Shown piece by piece: positions 39,925 to 49,671 of a stretch of 51,279 bases of DNA. Position numbers and translations under genes: made by a program. The stretch comes from Candidatus Pacearchaeota archaeon (lineage in GTDB: Archaea > Nanobdellota > Nanobdellia > Pacearchaeales > JAPDKA01). The DNA is taken from positions 1-51,279 of the forward strand of contig JAWAZI010000006.1 in the NCBI GenBank assembly GCA_038817835.1. Reading direction: 5' to 3'. The notes under the pieces are model-generated. The model made no database searches. It saw nothing but the letters and a program-made list of their open reading frames with translations, and was not told the origin of the DNA. Positions within the stretch are counted from its first letter, which is position 1. Every line of letters starts with the position of its first letter.

Positions 39925-41193
39925 ATGCCGATACTTCCACATTTACCTTCAGTTCCAAGTTGGATAATATACTTTATTATTTTTATAGGATTTTTTACAT
40001 CTTTTTTTTACTTGTTAGTTTTATTTAGAAAGCAAAAATCTTTAGATATATACAATGATTTTATCTTGGATGTGACTTTTTTAATTCCTGCTAAGAACAT
40101 GGAGAAAACATTACAAGAATGTGTAAAGAGAGTAGTTAATCAAGATTATGAAGGAAAAATAAATATAATAATTATAAATGATGCAAGTACTGATAATACT
40201 CCTAAAATTGCAAAAGAATTAATTAGAAAATATTCTAGCAAGAAAAGAAAAATTATATTATTAAATAGAAAGAAAAGTACAGGTATTAAAGCATCTGTAT
40301 TAAATTTTGGTTTAGATTATATATTTTCTAAAAATAAAGTTACTCCATTAATAGCACATCTTGATGCAGATACTTTTATTCCTAAAAATTTATTGAAAAA
40401 ATGTGTACCATATTTTATTGATAAAAAGACAATGGCTGTAACTTCTTGGATGATGCCACATAATACCAAAAAATTTCTTTCCAAAATGCAAAAAATTGAA
40501 TATTTATTAACTTCTTTCTATAGATTACTTCTTGGAAAAATAGAAAGTGTTGCAATTGCACCAGCATTTACTATAATAAGAGCTGAATTTTTTAAGAAAG
40601 CTGGTTATTATGATGAAAATACATTAACAGAAGACTTTGAGATAGCTTTAAGAATAAAATCTTATGGATATAATATAGTTTATTTAGACGAAAAAATAAC
40701 TACAATAGTTCCTGAAAATTTTAATAAATTAAGAAGAGAAAGATTGAGATGGTGGCATGGAACATTTCAAAATTTGGTTAAGTATAATCATTTAATCTCT
40801 CCAAAGTATGGGTTTTTAGGGACATTTTTTTTACCAATTAATGTTATTTTAGGAATTTTAATTTTATTTATAGCATTTTTTATTTTAATTTATAACTTTA
40901 TTTATAATTCTTTCAATTTTTTGAATGATATTTTGTTGGGAATAACTCCTAGATTTGAGTGGAAAATAAATACATTTCAATTATCATTAATGTTATCAGA
41001 TGTTAAAATAATACTTGCTTTTTTTGCATTTATTTTATCTTTTTTATTCTTCAATTTTGCTAAAAATAAAATGAAAGAAAAAATAAATATAATTGATTAT
41101 CTTATTTTTATTTTTATTTATATTTGGATTTTAATAATTTTTTTTGTAGAAGGAGTAATAAAATATATTTTTAAATTTAAAACAACTTGGTAA
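39925..41193 (+). CDS. Processive GT2 glycosyltransferase (cellulose synthase/PgaC-like)
   Basis: INDASTD, DAD, TEDF, ERLRW (QxxRW equivalent), flanking TM helices. Confidence 0.88.
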   Translation: MPILPHLPSVPSWIIYFIIFIGFFTSFFYLLVLFRKQKSLDIYNDFILDVTFLIPAKNMEKTLQECVKRVVNQDYEGKINIIIINDASTDNTPKIAKELIRKYSSKKRKIILLNRKKSTGIKASVLNFGLDYIFSKNKVTPLIAHLDADTFIPKNLLKKCVPYFIDKKTMAVTSWMMPHNTKKFLSKMQKIEYLLTSFYRLLLGKIESVAIAPAFTIIRAEFFKKAGYYDENTLTEDFEIALRIKSYGYNIVYLDEKITTIVPENFNKLRRERLRWWHGTFQNLVKYNHLISPKYGFLGTFFLPINVILGILILFIAFFILIYNFIYNSFNFLNDILLGITPRFEWKINTFQLSLMLSDVKIILAFFAFILSFLFFNFAKNKMKEKINIIDYLIFIFIYIWILIIFFVEGVIKYIFKFKTTW

Positions 41194-41196
41194 AAA

Positions 41197-41898
41197 ATGG
41201 CAAAAAAAATAAAAATTGCTTTTTCTCCTGAAATAAAAAAAGAGGAAAATAAAGAATATTTATTCTTTTTAACATCTTTTATTTTAGCAATTATTATTTT
41301 TTTATTTGGATTATTATTAGGAAATTATATTGCCTCATCTAAGATTTCTCAATTTAAAGAAAGTGAAGAAAAATTTTTAATTTATTTGATAGGATATGAT
41401 ATATCACAATCAATTTTAAATGAAGATATATGTAACATAAACCTAGATAAATTTTTTGAAGAAAAAGCTAAACTTGGAAATATGCTTACAAATTTAGAGG
41501 AAAGATTTGGAAAAGAAAATAAAGAAATTATTAATAAAAAAGATATATACCAATTAATAGAAATAAAAATGTTAGAATATTTTGAAAAAGCTTTTAATAA
41601 TTGTAACAGAACTTTTAATGTTATTTTATTTTTTTATACAAATAAAAAAAATGACTATAAAGGAAGTGTTGATGCATCAGAAGATCAAGGTAAAATTTTA
41701 GATCAAGTAGTTTACGAACATAATGAAAAAAAGAAAGGAAATCCTGTTTATGTTTTTTCTTTTGATATTAATTCAAATAATCCAGCAATAATTACATTAA
41801 TTTTAAAATATAATGTAACGAGTGCACCAACTTTAATAATTAATGGAAAGAAATATAATTATCTTGTAAAATCCGAAATTGAGGATATTTTATTATAA
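41197..41898 (+). CDS. Membrane-anchored protein with thioredoxin-like C-terminal fold, no CxxC
   Basis: TM helix; ILFFY...VFSFD...KYNVTSAPTLIING. Confidence 0.6.
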   Translation: MAKKIKIAFSPEIKKEENKEYLFFLTSFILAIIIFLFGLLLGNYIASSKISQFKESEEKFLIYLIGYDISQSILNEDICNINLDKFFEEKAKLGNMLTNLEERFGKENKEIINKKDIYQLIEIKMLEYFEKAFNNCNRTFNVILFFYTNKKNDYKGSVDASEDQGKILDQVVYEHNEKKKGNPVYVFSFDINSNNPAIITLILKYNVTSAPTLIINGKKYNYLVKSEIEDILL

Positions 41899-43344
41899 GA
41901 AATTAAATATTTTACATATTTTTCTTAATTTTAATTTAAGCATTAATGCATCACAACCACTAAAATCTTTGGGGAATTCTGATAAAGATTTTAATTCTTC
42001 AATATATGTTTTATTTATTTTATCATCAATTTTACAATTTTCATAATTTCTTATCCAAATATAATTTTCATTATTCTCAATTATATAATCTTTTAATTTT
42101 TCTATTTCATCTTTATTTTTTTTGAATACTTCATAATTTTTAAATAAAATAATATTATATCCTTCATTTACAGCAGAGTTTATTTTATAACTTGAACCAA
42201 ATACAGGGGGAATTGCTTTTTTCCCATACCAATTAAAATATACCCATAAATCACTAACTATTGTACAATTATCAACTTTATTTATTATTTCTTTTATTAT
42301 TTTTTCTTCTTTAACTATATGTGTTGTAAATTTATCTAAAATAATAAAACTTGATAAAGGAGATATAATTAAAAGTAAAATTACAATAATAATTTTTATC
42401 AAATTACTTTTTTTTATTTTTTCAATAAAATTAAAACCATGAACAGAAAGATAAAAAATTAGTAAAGATAAATTAAAAAGAAATCTTTCTTGTTTTAAAT
42501 AAGTAATCATATAAATAAATAAAGTTAAAAAAGTAATCAAAATCAAAGTTATAATTAATTTTTTTTCATTTTTTAATATTTTTGATATGTTTAAAATTCC
42601 TAAAATCAAGAATGGAAAATTTATATTTATAGTTAAAACTAGATGAAAAAATAATAAATTTAAATCAAATTTTGTTGGAGCTTGTTCTAAAGAATTTAAA
42701 GCATAATAATCACCTATGCTTGTTAGAGCATGGCCAGTGAATATATAATTTATTAATAACCAAGGTAAAAAAACAAAAAAAATAATAATTAAAGCTATTA
42801 ATATTTTTTTAATATTTTTAGATAAGAGGATTGTCGGTAATAAAATTATATTCGAGTATCTTGTTAACATTGATAATCCTAGAAAAATAAAACTACCAGC
42901 AGAAAATGCAAAAACAACAAAAAGAATAATAAAAGATAAAGAAATGAGCTCAGTACCAATATATAATCCTCTAAGCAATATATATGGATTTATTGCAAAT
43001 AAATAAAAACTCCAAGAATTTTTAATATTTTTTAAAAATTTATCATGAAATAATTTTAAAGAAAAAAAATAAAGTATAGTTGAAAATATTATAAAACTAT
43101 ATATTGCAAATTTTCTACTAAAAATTCTAAATATCATAAAAATGAATGGAACTAACGGTGGCCTTAACCATTCAAAATAATCACTTTTATTTAAAAAGTA
43201 CTCCCCATTCATAACATAAACAGAAAAATCCCAAGAGAAAATTCTAGTTTGAAATAAGAAAAAAGTTAAAGCTATAAAAAAAGAAATTAAAAAAATAAAC
43301 AATTCTACTTTATCTTTGAATAATTTTTTAATTTTCATTTCCAC
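41893..43344 (-). CDS. GT-C fold membrane glycosyltransferase (PMT/ArnT-like)
   Basis: WDFSVY, RPPLVP, TE, LTRY, PWL, QERFL; about 10 TM helices. Confidence 0.8.
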   Translation of the reverse strand: MEMKIKKLFKDKVELFIFLISFFIALTFFLFQTRIFSWDFSVYVMNGEYFLNKSDYFEWLRPPLVPFIFMIFRIFSRKFAIYSFIIFSTILYFFSLKLFHDKFLKNIKNSWSFYLFAINPYILLRGLYIGTELISLSFIILFVVFAFSAGSFIFLGLSMLTRYSNIILLPTILLSKNIKKILIALIIIFFVFLPWLLINYIFTGHALTSIGDYYALNSLEQAPTKFDLNLLFFHLVLTININFPFLILGILNISKILKNEKKLIITLILITFLTLFIYMITYLKQERFLFNLSLLIFYLSVHGFNFIEKIKKSNLIKIIIVILLLIISPLSSFIILDKFTTHIVKEEKIIKEIINKVDNCTIVSDLWVYFNWYGKKAIPPVFGSSYKINSAVNEGYNIILFKNYEVFKKNKDEIEKLKDYIIENNENYIWIRNYENCKIDDKINKTYIEELKSLSEFPKDFSGCDALMLKLKLRKICKIFNFL

Positions 43345-44375
43345 ACCCCAAATAAACTTGTTAAATATGTGAATATAGTTGCAATAAAAATACCAATTAG
43401 ATTAGCTATTAAATAATATATTCCTAAACTAACTAAAAGCCATAATAAAGAGAAATTAATTATCAATGCCATTATTCTTGAAATATTAAATTTTAAACAT
43501 CTAATAAAAAAATTTCCTTTTCTTTCTTTATTAAATGTCCATATATCATTAAGAAAAAAATTCCATATAATTGAGCTTTCTATAGCAATCAAACTTGAAA
43601 AAAGATAAAATAATCCAGCATTTGTTAAAAGCCAGAGCAACCCTTCATTTACTATTATACCAGAAATACCAACAATACAAAATTTTACAAATCTGTGATG
43701 TTCTTTTTTATATTTTGCAAGTTTTAATAAATGTTTAAAACTAATAAAAGCTTGTTTTAAATTAAATTTACTCTTTCCACTTTTTCTACTCATAAAGTTG
43801 AATGGTACTTCAGAAACTTTATTATATTTTGCTTTTACTAAAATTTCTAGAAGTATTTTAAAGCCAATAGGTTCAAGCTTTATATTTTTTAAAATTTTTT
43901 TTCTAAAAGCAAAAAATCCAGATGAAGGATCTTTAATATTTTTAGTTGAAGGAATAATTAAATGAGTTAATAATATATATATTCTTGATACAAATCTTTT
44001 CAAAAAACTTTGATAGGTTTTTGCTCCTTTTATATATCTTGAAGCAATAACTATATCATTTTCTTTTAATTCTTTTAAGATTTTTGGTATAAACTCTGGT
44101 GGATGCTCCAAATCTGCATCCATTACTAAAATAATATCTCCCTTTGCATAATTTATAGCAATTTTTACTGCATTACTCAAATCAGCATTTCCTGTTTGTA
44201 TAATTTTTATAGGAAATTTTTTAGCAAAATTTTTAGCAATATTAACAGTATTATCTTTACTATTACTATCTGCAATTATTATTTCATAATTCCTTAATTT
44301 TAATTTTAAAATTTTTTTTATGATATTACCTATATTCCCTTCTTCATTTTTTGTTGGAATTATTATTGATAGCAT
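43335..44375 (-). CDS. Polyprenol-phosphate glycosyltransferase (DPM1-like GT2) fused to a GtrA flippase-like domain
   Basis: IIPTKNE, MDADLEHPP, IASRY, DPSSGFF, R..GKSK; C-terminal KFCIVG..NFFLND.WTF. Confidence 0.9.
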   Translation of the reverse strand: MLSIIIPTKNEEGNIGNIIKKILKLKLRNYEIIIADSNSKDNTVNIAKNFAKKFPIKIIQTGNADLSNAVKIAINYAKGDIILVMDADLEHPPEFIPKILKELKENDIVIASRYIKGAKTYQSFLKRFVSRIYILLTHLIIPSTKNIKDPSSGFFAFRKKILKNIKLEPIGFKILLEILVKAKYNKVSEVPFNFMSRKSGKSKFNLKQAFISFKHLLKLAKYKKEHHRFVKFCIVGISGIIVNEGLLWLLTNAGLFYLFSSLIAIESSIIWNFFLNDIWTFNKERKGNFFIRCLKFNISRIMALIINFSLLWLLVSLGIYYLIANLIGIFIATIFTYLTSLFGVWK

Positions 44376-44415
44376 ATTAATAAAAATTTTAAAAATTTAA
44401 AATATTTTAATTTGT

Positions 44416-44778
44416 ATGGTTTATGAATTAGCAGAATTAATTTTTAGAGACGAATTTTATAAATATAAAAATACACTTGAAAAATTAGAAGATAAAGCAA
44501 AGAAAATAAATTTAGATATACCAACTTTTTATTTTTATGGATTAGAAGGGATGAAATATCTTATAAAAAATAAATCAACATTGAGGAAAATTGGGGAAAA
44601 ACTAATTTATTTAGCAAAAGAAGCAATAGATAATAAATTAGATTTGAGAGTATTATTTATTAATTTGGGAAACTGTAAAGATAAAATTAAAAATAATTAT
44701 GATTTAGAAAAATTTGGAAAAATATGGATAAATTCATTAAAAGAAAGAAATATATTTAATTATGCAAGAAATTTATGA
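44416..44778 (+). CDS. Hypothetical protein
   Basis: 120-aa ORF overlapping the trxB start. Confidence 0.6.
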   Translation: MVYELAELIFRDEFYKYKNTLEKLEDKAKKINLDIPTFYFYGLEGMKYLIKNKSTLRKIGEKLIYLAKEAIDNKLDLRVLFINLGNCKDKIKNNYDLEKFGKIWINSLKERNIFNYARNL

Positions 44779-45709
44779 TATTGCAATTGTAGGTGGAGGA
44801 ATTGCAGGACTTACTGCAGCTATTTATTCTAGAAGAAAAAATCTTAATACAATTATAATAACTCCCGAAATAGGTGGTCAAACAAATTTAGCTATAAATA
44901 TAGAAAATTATCCTGGATTTAAAAAAATAAAAGGAAATGAATTAATAAAAAATATTCTTGAAAAAGTTATAGAGTTAAATACTACATTCATTTTTTCAGA
45001 AGTTATTAAAATAGAAAAAAAGAAAAAAATATTTCTAATTTATTTAAATAATGGAAATATAATTAAAGCGAGAGCAATAATCCTTGCATTTGGTAAAACT
45101 CCTAGAAAACTAGGGATAGGAGAAGAGAAATTTATAGGAAAAGGAATTAGTACTTGTGTTATTTGTGATGCCTCTTTATATAAGGATAAAACTGTTGCTG
45201 TTGTTGGTGGTGGTAATAGTGCAGTTGATGCAGCTTTAGAATTAGCAAATATATCGAAGAAAGTTTATTTAATTCATAGAAGAGAAAATTTTAGAGCAGA
45301 TGAAATAAGTATAAAAAAATTGAATGAAAAACCAAATATAGAAATTTTATTTAATAGTGTTATTAAAGAAATAAATCATGAATCAAAAAAAGAAATTGTT
45401 GAAAATATATTAGTAGAAAATTTAAAAACTGGAGAAAAAAAGAAAATTAATGTTGATGGAATTTTTTTGGAGATTGGTTTTGATATGAAAAGTGATTGGC
45501 TTAAAGATTTTGTAAAATTAGATAAAAATGGCCAAGTTATTGTTGATAAATTATGTCAAACATCTAGAAAAGGAGTTTTTGCTGCAGGTGATTGTACAGA
45601 TATGCCATTTAAGCAAGCAATAATTTCTGCTGGTCAGGGAGCTATTGCAGCTTTACAAGCTTATAAATATCTAACAAAAGGAAAAGAAAAATTAATAGAT
45701 TGGAGTTAA
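44762..45709 (+). CDS. trxB: Thioredoxin reductase
   Basis: GGGIAGLTAA, CVICD, GGGNSA, HRR, GVFAAGD. Confidence 0.92.
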   Translation: MQEIYDIAIVGGGIAGLTAAIYSRRKNLNTIIITPEIGGQTNLAINIENYPGFKKIKGNELIKNILEKVIELNTTFIFSEVIKIEKKKKIFLIYLNNGNIIKARAIILAFGKTPRKLGIGEEKFIGKGISTCVICDASLYKDKTVAVVGGGNSAVDAALELANISKKVYLIHRRENFRADEISIKKLNEKPNIEILFNSVIKEINHESKKEIVENILVENLKTGEKKKINVDGIFLEIGFDMKSDWLKDFVKLDKNGQVIVDKLCQTSRKGVFAAGDCTDMPFKQAIISAGQGAIAALQAYKYLTKGKEKLIDWS

Positions 45710-48354
45710 TGCTTTTCTTTTATTTTTTCTAAAATTTTTTCATGCATTCTTCTTAGAAATTCTATTCTATCTTCAATTTTTAATAAATCAAGATATCCTT
45801 GAGCAAAAATATTAAAAGCAAATGGGCTTGGCATTTCTGTATTTATTTTTTTAATTTCAATTTTTTTCTCATTAATCCATGATAATACATTTTTTGCATT
45901 TTCTATATCCATAACATCTTCCAAAACTTCGCGTTTAGTTTCTTTTATTACAGGAAAATTTGGATCTATTTCCTTTATGCTTTTATATAATATATCAGCT
46001 TGCATTTGTAATTTATTTACACTTTTTGTTTTTTCCATATAACTTTTTAAAATTAAGAAACTTCTTACAGCATTATGTCTAAATCTTCTTTTAAAAATTT
46101 CTGTTTTTTCTATTGCTTCATTTAATATTATCTCTAATTTTTCATAATTTTTAATTAATAATGCCAAAGCCTGCTCAACTTGAATTTTATCATAACTAGC
46201 TATATAAAAACCATTATCATTTATACTTATTTCAACATCTTTATGATTGATTTTTGCTATTAAAAATGCTAAAGCCCTACTTAAAGCATCATTTACACGT
46301 CTTCCGTATAAACTATGAAAAATCCAATATTTTTTTCCATCACTAGCTTTATAAAATTCAATTAAAAGTTTTTTTTCATGAGGAATTTCTGCATATTTAA
46401 ACTGTTCATAGAAATAATCATATATAGCTTCTGCAATATTTCTTTTGCAATGACAATAATCTTTAATCCATTCTATTATTTCATCTTTTTTATATTTTTT
46501 CAATTTTTCTTCGAGAAGAAATCTAAAATGATTTATTGCTAAAGCAAGATCAAAGTTTAATGGTAACATTTCAGAAAACCAGCTTGGTATTGTTGGTGGT
46601 TGTTGTACAGATGCATTAACATATGCATTCATTCCTCTAGAATATAAAAACATATATTTTTGTCCTCCTAAAACAAATACATCACCAGGTTTTAATCTTT
46701 CTAGGAAAGCTTCATCTATGACTCCTATTTTTTCATTTTTTCTTTCTTTTGGCATAGCAATAATAACATTTACATAACTTTCTTCTGGAATTGTTCCAAT
46801 ATTAGTCATATACATCATTCTAGCAAGTTTAGATCTTTTTCCAAATTCTTTTGTTTTTTCATCATACCAAATTTTTGCATAAACACCTTTTTCTTCAATT
46901 TTAAAATATTTTCCACTTAAATAAGCAATAACACTAAGTAAATCCTCTCTTTTTAAACTATTATAACAGTAACTTTTTCTTATAAGTTTATAAAAATCCT
47001 CGATATTCCATACTCTATTTATAGCCTCTCCATAAACATGTTGACATAAAACATCTAAACAATTTTTTGGTATTTGTACTCTATCTATTTCTTTTTCTAT
47101 TATTTTTTTTGCCATTATTGTACACTCAACTAAATCATCTCTATCAAGAATAACAAATCTACCTTTAGCTATAGCATGAAGTTTATGTCCAGCTCTGCCA
47201 ATTCTTTGAGTTGCTCTTGCAATACTTTTTGGACTTCCAAGTAATATAACTAAATCAAGATATCCAATATCTATACCTAACTCAAGACTAGTACTACTAA
47301 CTACTGCTTTAAGTTTTCCTTCTCTTAATCTTTGCTCTATATTAAAACGTAATTTTCTACTTAAGCTTGAATGATGTGCTCCAATAGCATCTATTGTTTC
47401 ATATCTCCTAGGAAACATTTCTTTTAAATGTTGTATTACTCTTTCAGTTCCACTTCTTGTATTAGTAAATATTAATGTTGTTCTATGTTGTTGTATTAGA
47501 TTATCTATTAAATTATATAGATTTTTACTTTGAATTCCAGCATCCTCAAAAAATTTACTTGCTATTAATACTTCAATATCAATTGGTTTTGCAAATCTTA
47601 CATCAGCTATTAAGCAATTTCTTAATTCATATTTTTTTTCTTTTTCATTAAATTCATAGCCTACTAAAAATTTTGCAACTTCTTCTAGAGGAGCAATAGT
47701 TGCACTCAATCCAATTCTTATGGGTTTTATTTTTGATATATATGTTAATCTTTCTAAACTTAAGCTAAGATGTACCCCTCTTTTATTATTTGCTAAAGCA
47801 TGAATTTCATCAACAATTATAAATTCAACAGCATTCAAATTTTCTATAAATTTTTTACTACTTAATATTATTGCTAAACTTTCTGGTGTTGTTACAAGTA
47901 TATGTGGTGGTTTTTTTAATTGTTTTGCTTTTTCATTAGTAGGAGTATCGCTTGTTCTTAAACCTACTCTAATTTCTTTTAATTTTATATTTTTCTTTTT
48001 TGCAATTTCTTTTATCTCATTTAGTGGTATTTGTAGATTTACATATATATCATTATTTAATGCTCTTAATGGGGAAACATAAACACAATAAATTTTATCT
48101 TCAAGCTTATTATTTTCTGCAAGAATAACAAGATAATTTATTATAGGCAAAAAAGCAGTTAAAGTTTTTGTTCCACCAGTTGGAGCTGTTAATAATATAT
48201 TTTTTCTTTCCCATATAGGTATTATCCCATAAAGTTGTGGTAAGCTAAAATTTTCAAATTTTGAAAAAAACCATTCTTTTACTATAGGATGGAGGATATT
48301 AATTATTTCTTCTTTGCTATATGGTTTATCTATAAATTTAATTTTTTCATTCAT
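45706..48354 (-). CDS. lhr: Lhr-family SF2 helicase
   Basis: SPLRALNND, TTPESL, DEIH, GLSAT, SLELGIDIG, QRIGRAGH; variant Walker A APTGGTKT. Confidence 0.93.
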   Translation of the reverse strand: MNEKIKFIDKPYSKEEIINILHPIVKEWFFSKFENFSLPQLYGIIPIWERKNILLTAPTGGTKTLTAFLPIINYLVILAENNKLEDKIYCVYVSPLRALNNDIYVNLQIPLNEIKEIAKKKNIKLKEIRVGLRTSDTPTNEKAKQLKKPPHILVTTPESLAIILSSKKFIENLNAVEFIIVDEIHALANNKRGVHLSLSLERLTYISKIKPIRIGLSATIAPLEEVAKFLVGYEFNEKEKKYELRNCLIADVRFAKPIDIEVLIASKFFEDAGIQSKNLYNLIDNLIQQHRTTLIFTNTRSGTERVIQHLKEMFPRRYETIDAIGAHHSSLSRKLRFNIEQRLREGKLKAVVSSTSLELGIDIGYLDLVILLGSPKSIARATQRIGRAGHKLHAIAKGRFVILDRDDLVECTIMAKKIIEKEIDRVQIPKNCLDVLCQHVYGEAINRVWNIEDFYKLIRKSYCYNSLKREDLLSVIAYLSGKYFKIEEKGVYAKIWYDEKTKEFGKRSKLARMMYMTNIGTIPEESYVNVIIAMPKERKNEKIGVIDEAFLERLKPGDVFVLGGQKYMFLYSRGMNAYVNASVQQPPTIPSWFSEMLPLNFDLALAINHFRFLLEEKLKKYKKDEIIEWIKDYCHCKRNIAEAIYDYFYEQFKYAEIPHEKKLLIEFYKASDGKKYWIFHSLYGRRVNDALSRALAFLIAKINHKDVEISINDNGFYIASYDKIQVEQALALLIKNYEKLEIILNEAIEKTEIFKRRFRHNAVRSFLILKSYMEKTKSVNKLQMQADILYKSIKEIDPNFPVIKETKREVLEDVMDIENAKNVLSWINEKKIEIKKINTEMPSPFAFNIFAQGYLDLLKIEDRIEFLRRMHEKILEKIKEKH

Positions 48355-48413
48355 TTTATTTTTTATCTTTTTAATATAAAAAATTTTTTTAAACTAATTA
48401 CTAAATATTTTTA

Positions 48414-48680
48414 ATGTCAAAAATAAGTGAGGAAAAAATAAAAAAAATTAAAGAAGAAATTTTAGCATTACTTTTTAATAAGTTTCCATACTCTTTATTT
48501 ACAGCACAGATAGCTAGAGAACTAGCTAGAGATGAAGAATTTATTAAAAAAATATTGTTTGATTTGGAGAAAGTTGGATTGGTGAGAAGAATAAAAGAAA
48601 AAAATGGTAAAATATTATCAAGAAAAATACTCTGGCAATTAACTGAAAAAGCATATTTTGCTTATAAAAATCTTAAATAA
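48414..48680 (+). CDS. Small winged-helix protein
   Basis: TAQIARELARDEEFIKKILFDLEKVGLV HTH followed by a wing. Confidence 0.8.
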   Translation: MSKISEEKIKKIKEEILALLFNKFPYSLFTAQIARELARDEEFIKKILFDLEKVGLVRRIKEKNGKILSRKILWQLTEKAYFAYKNLK

Positions 48681-48705
48681 AAAAGTTTTTAAAATTATTA
48701 TTGTT

Positions 48706-49356
48706 ATGATTGAAATGGAAGCTATTAAAAAATCATTTGAGAAAGTAAAACAAGATATTAATGATTTAGCAAATTATATTCTAGAATTAAAGAAAGATAT
48801 AGAAAAAATAAATAAGGAAATTGAAGAAATTAAACGAACTTTTTTTCTCCAACACATTTCCAACACATTTCCAACAGATAAAATAGAAAATTCAAAATTT
48901 TTAGGAGATAAGCCTTATTTCTCAAGTTCCACAGGAAATAGGGGGGTTCCAACACTCCTACGTCACTCCTACGACACTACTACGTCACAAGAAAATAAAG
49001 ATTTTGAGAGAAGAGAAATTATAAATATTGAAATTGATAAAGCAATTTCTAAATATAAAAAAGAATTAATTAATAGATTTAAAACACTTACTCGTAAAGA
49101 ATTTGAAATTTTTTCATTAATCTATAGCCTTCAAGAAAGCATTGATGTTACATATAAAATATTAGCAGAGAAAACAGGATTAGCTCCAAGTTCTGTTAGG
49201 GATTTAGTAAATAGACTTATAATTAAAGGAATACCTATAGAGAAAAGAAAAAATATTAATAGAGAGATTATATTAAAAATTCCTAATGAATTAAAAAAAA
49301 TTTCAAATTTAGAAGCATTAGAGAAAGTTGTAAATTATTATGGATTTAATCGATAA
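48706..49356 (+). CDS. Coiled-coil + linker + C-terminal winged-helix protein (start probably ATG 48706 or 48715)
   Basis: IKKSFEKVKQDINDL coiled coil; LTRKEFEIFSLIY...TYKILAEKTGLAPSSVRDLVNRLIIKGIPIEK wHTH; TTTTTAAAA TATA-like box at about 48686. Confidence 0.8.
   Translation: MIEMEAIKKSFEKVKQDINDLANYILELKKDIEKINKEIEEIKRTFFLQHISNTFPTDKIENSKFLGDKPYFSSSTGNRGVPTLLRHSYDTTTSQENKDFERREIINIEIDKAISKYKKELINRFKTLTRKEFEIFSLIYSLQESIDVTYKILAEKTGLAPSSVRDLVNRLIIKGIPIEKRKNINREIILKIPNELKKISNLEALEKVVNYYGFNR
48847..48990 (+). repeat. Seven 11-bp iteron-like direct repeats in two tandem clusters (48847-48879 x3, 48947-48990 x4)
   Basis: CTCCAACACAT TTCCAACACAT TTCCAACAGAT ... TTCCAACACTC CTACGTCACTC CTACGACACTA CTACGTCACAA. 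Confidence 0.85.
48926..48947 (+). promoter_or_regulatory. Intragenic ORB-like box with G-string
   Basis: GTTCCACAGGAAATAGGGGGGT matches the archaeal ORB pattern TTCCA-N3-GAAA..GGGG. Confidence 0.7.
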
Positions 49357-49671
49357 TTAATCTTTTTTATTTTTTACAACTTTCATAAAATTTCAAATCA
49401 ATCTCTTAATATCTATTTATATATTTATTTGTAGTAATAACAGTTTCTTTGATTTGTTTTGGAAAATATCTAACTTATGTTGTTTTACTTTAATGTATAT
49501 TAATACCTTTTTTAACAATGTGTCTTATTTTTTTAATTTTTTTGAAATAATCCCTATAATTTATATTTTCACTAAGTAAAATTTTTTTTCTTAATAGGTA
49601 TCCAAGATATAGAAAAATTTTTAAAACTATAAAAAATAAAAATTAAAAATAAATTTTATAATACTTTAAAA

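Noticed and set aside
49357-49604. Possible gene or pseudogene between the wHTH gene and the LRR gene
   Set aside because: No convincing ORF or recognisable motif on either strand by eye.
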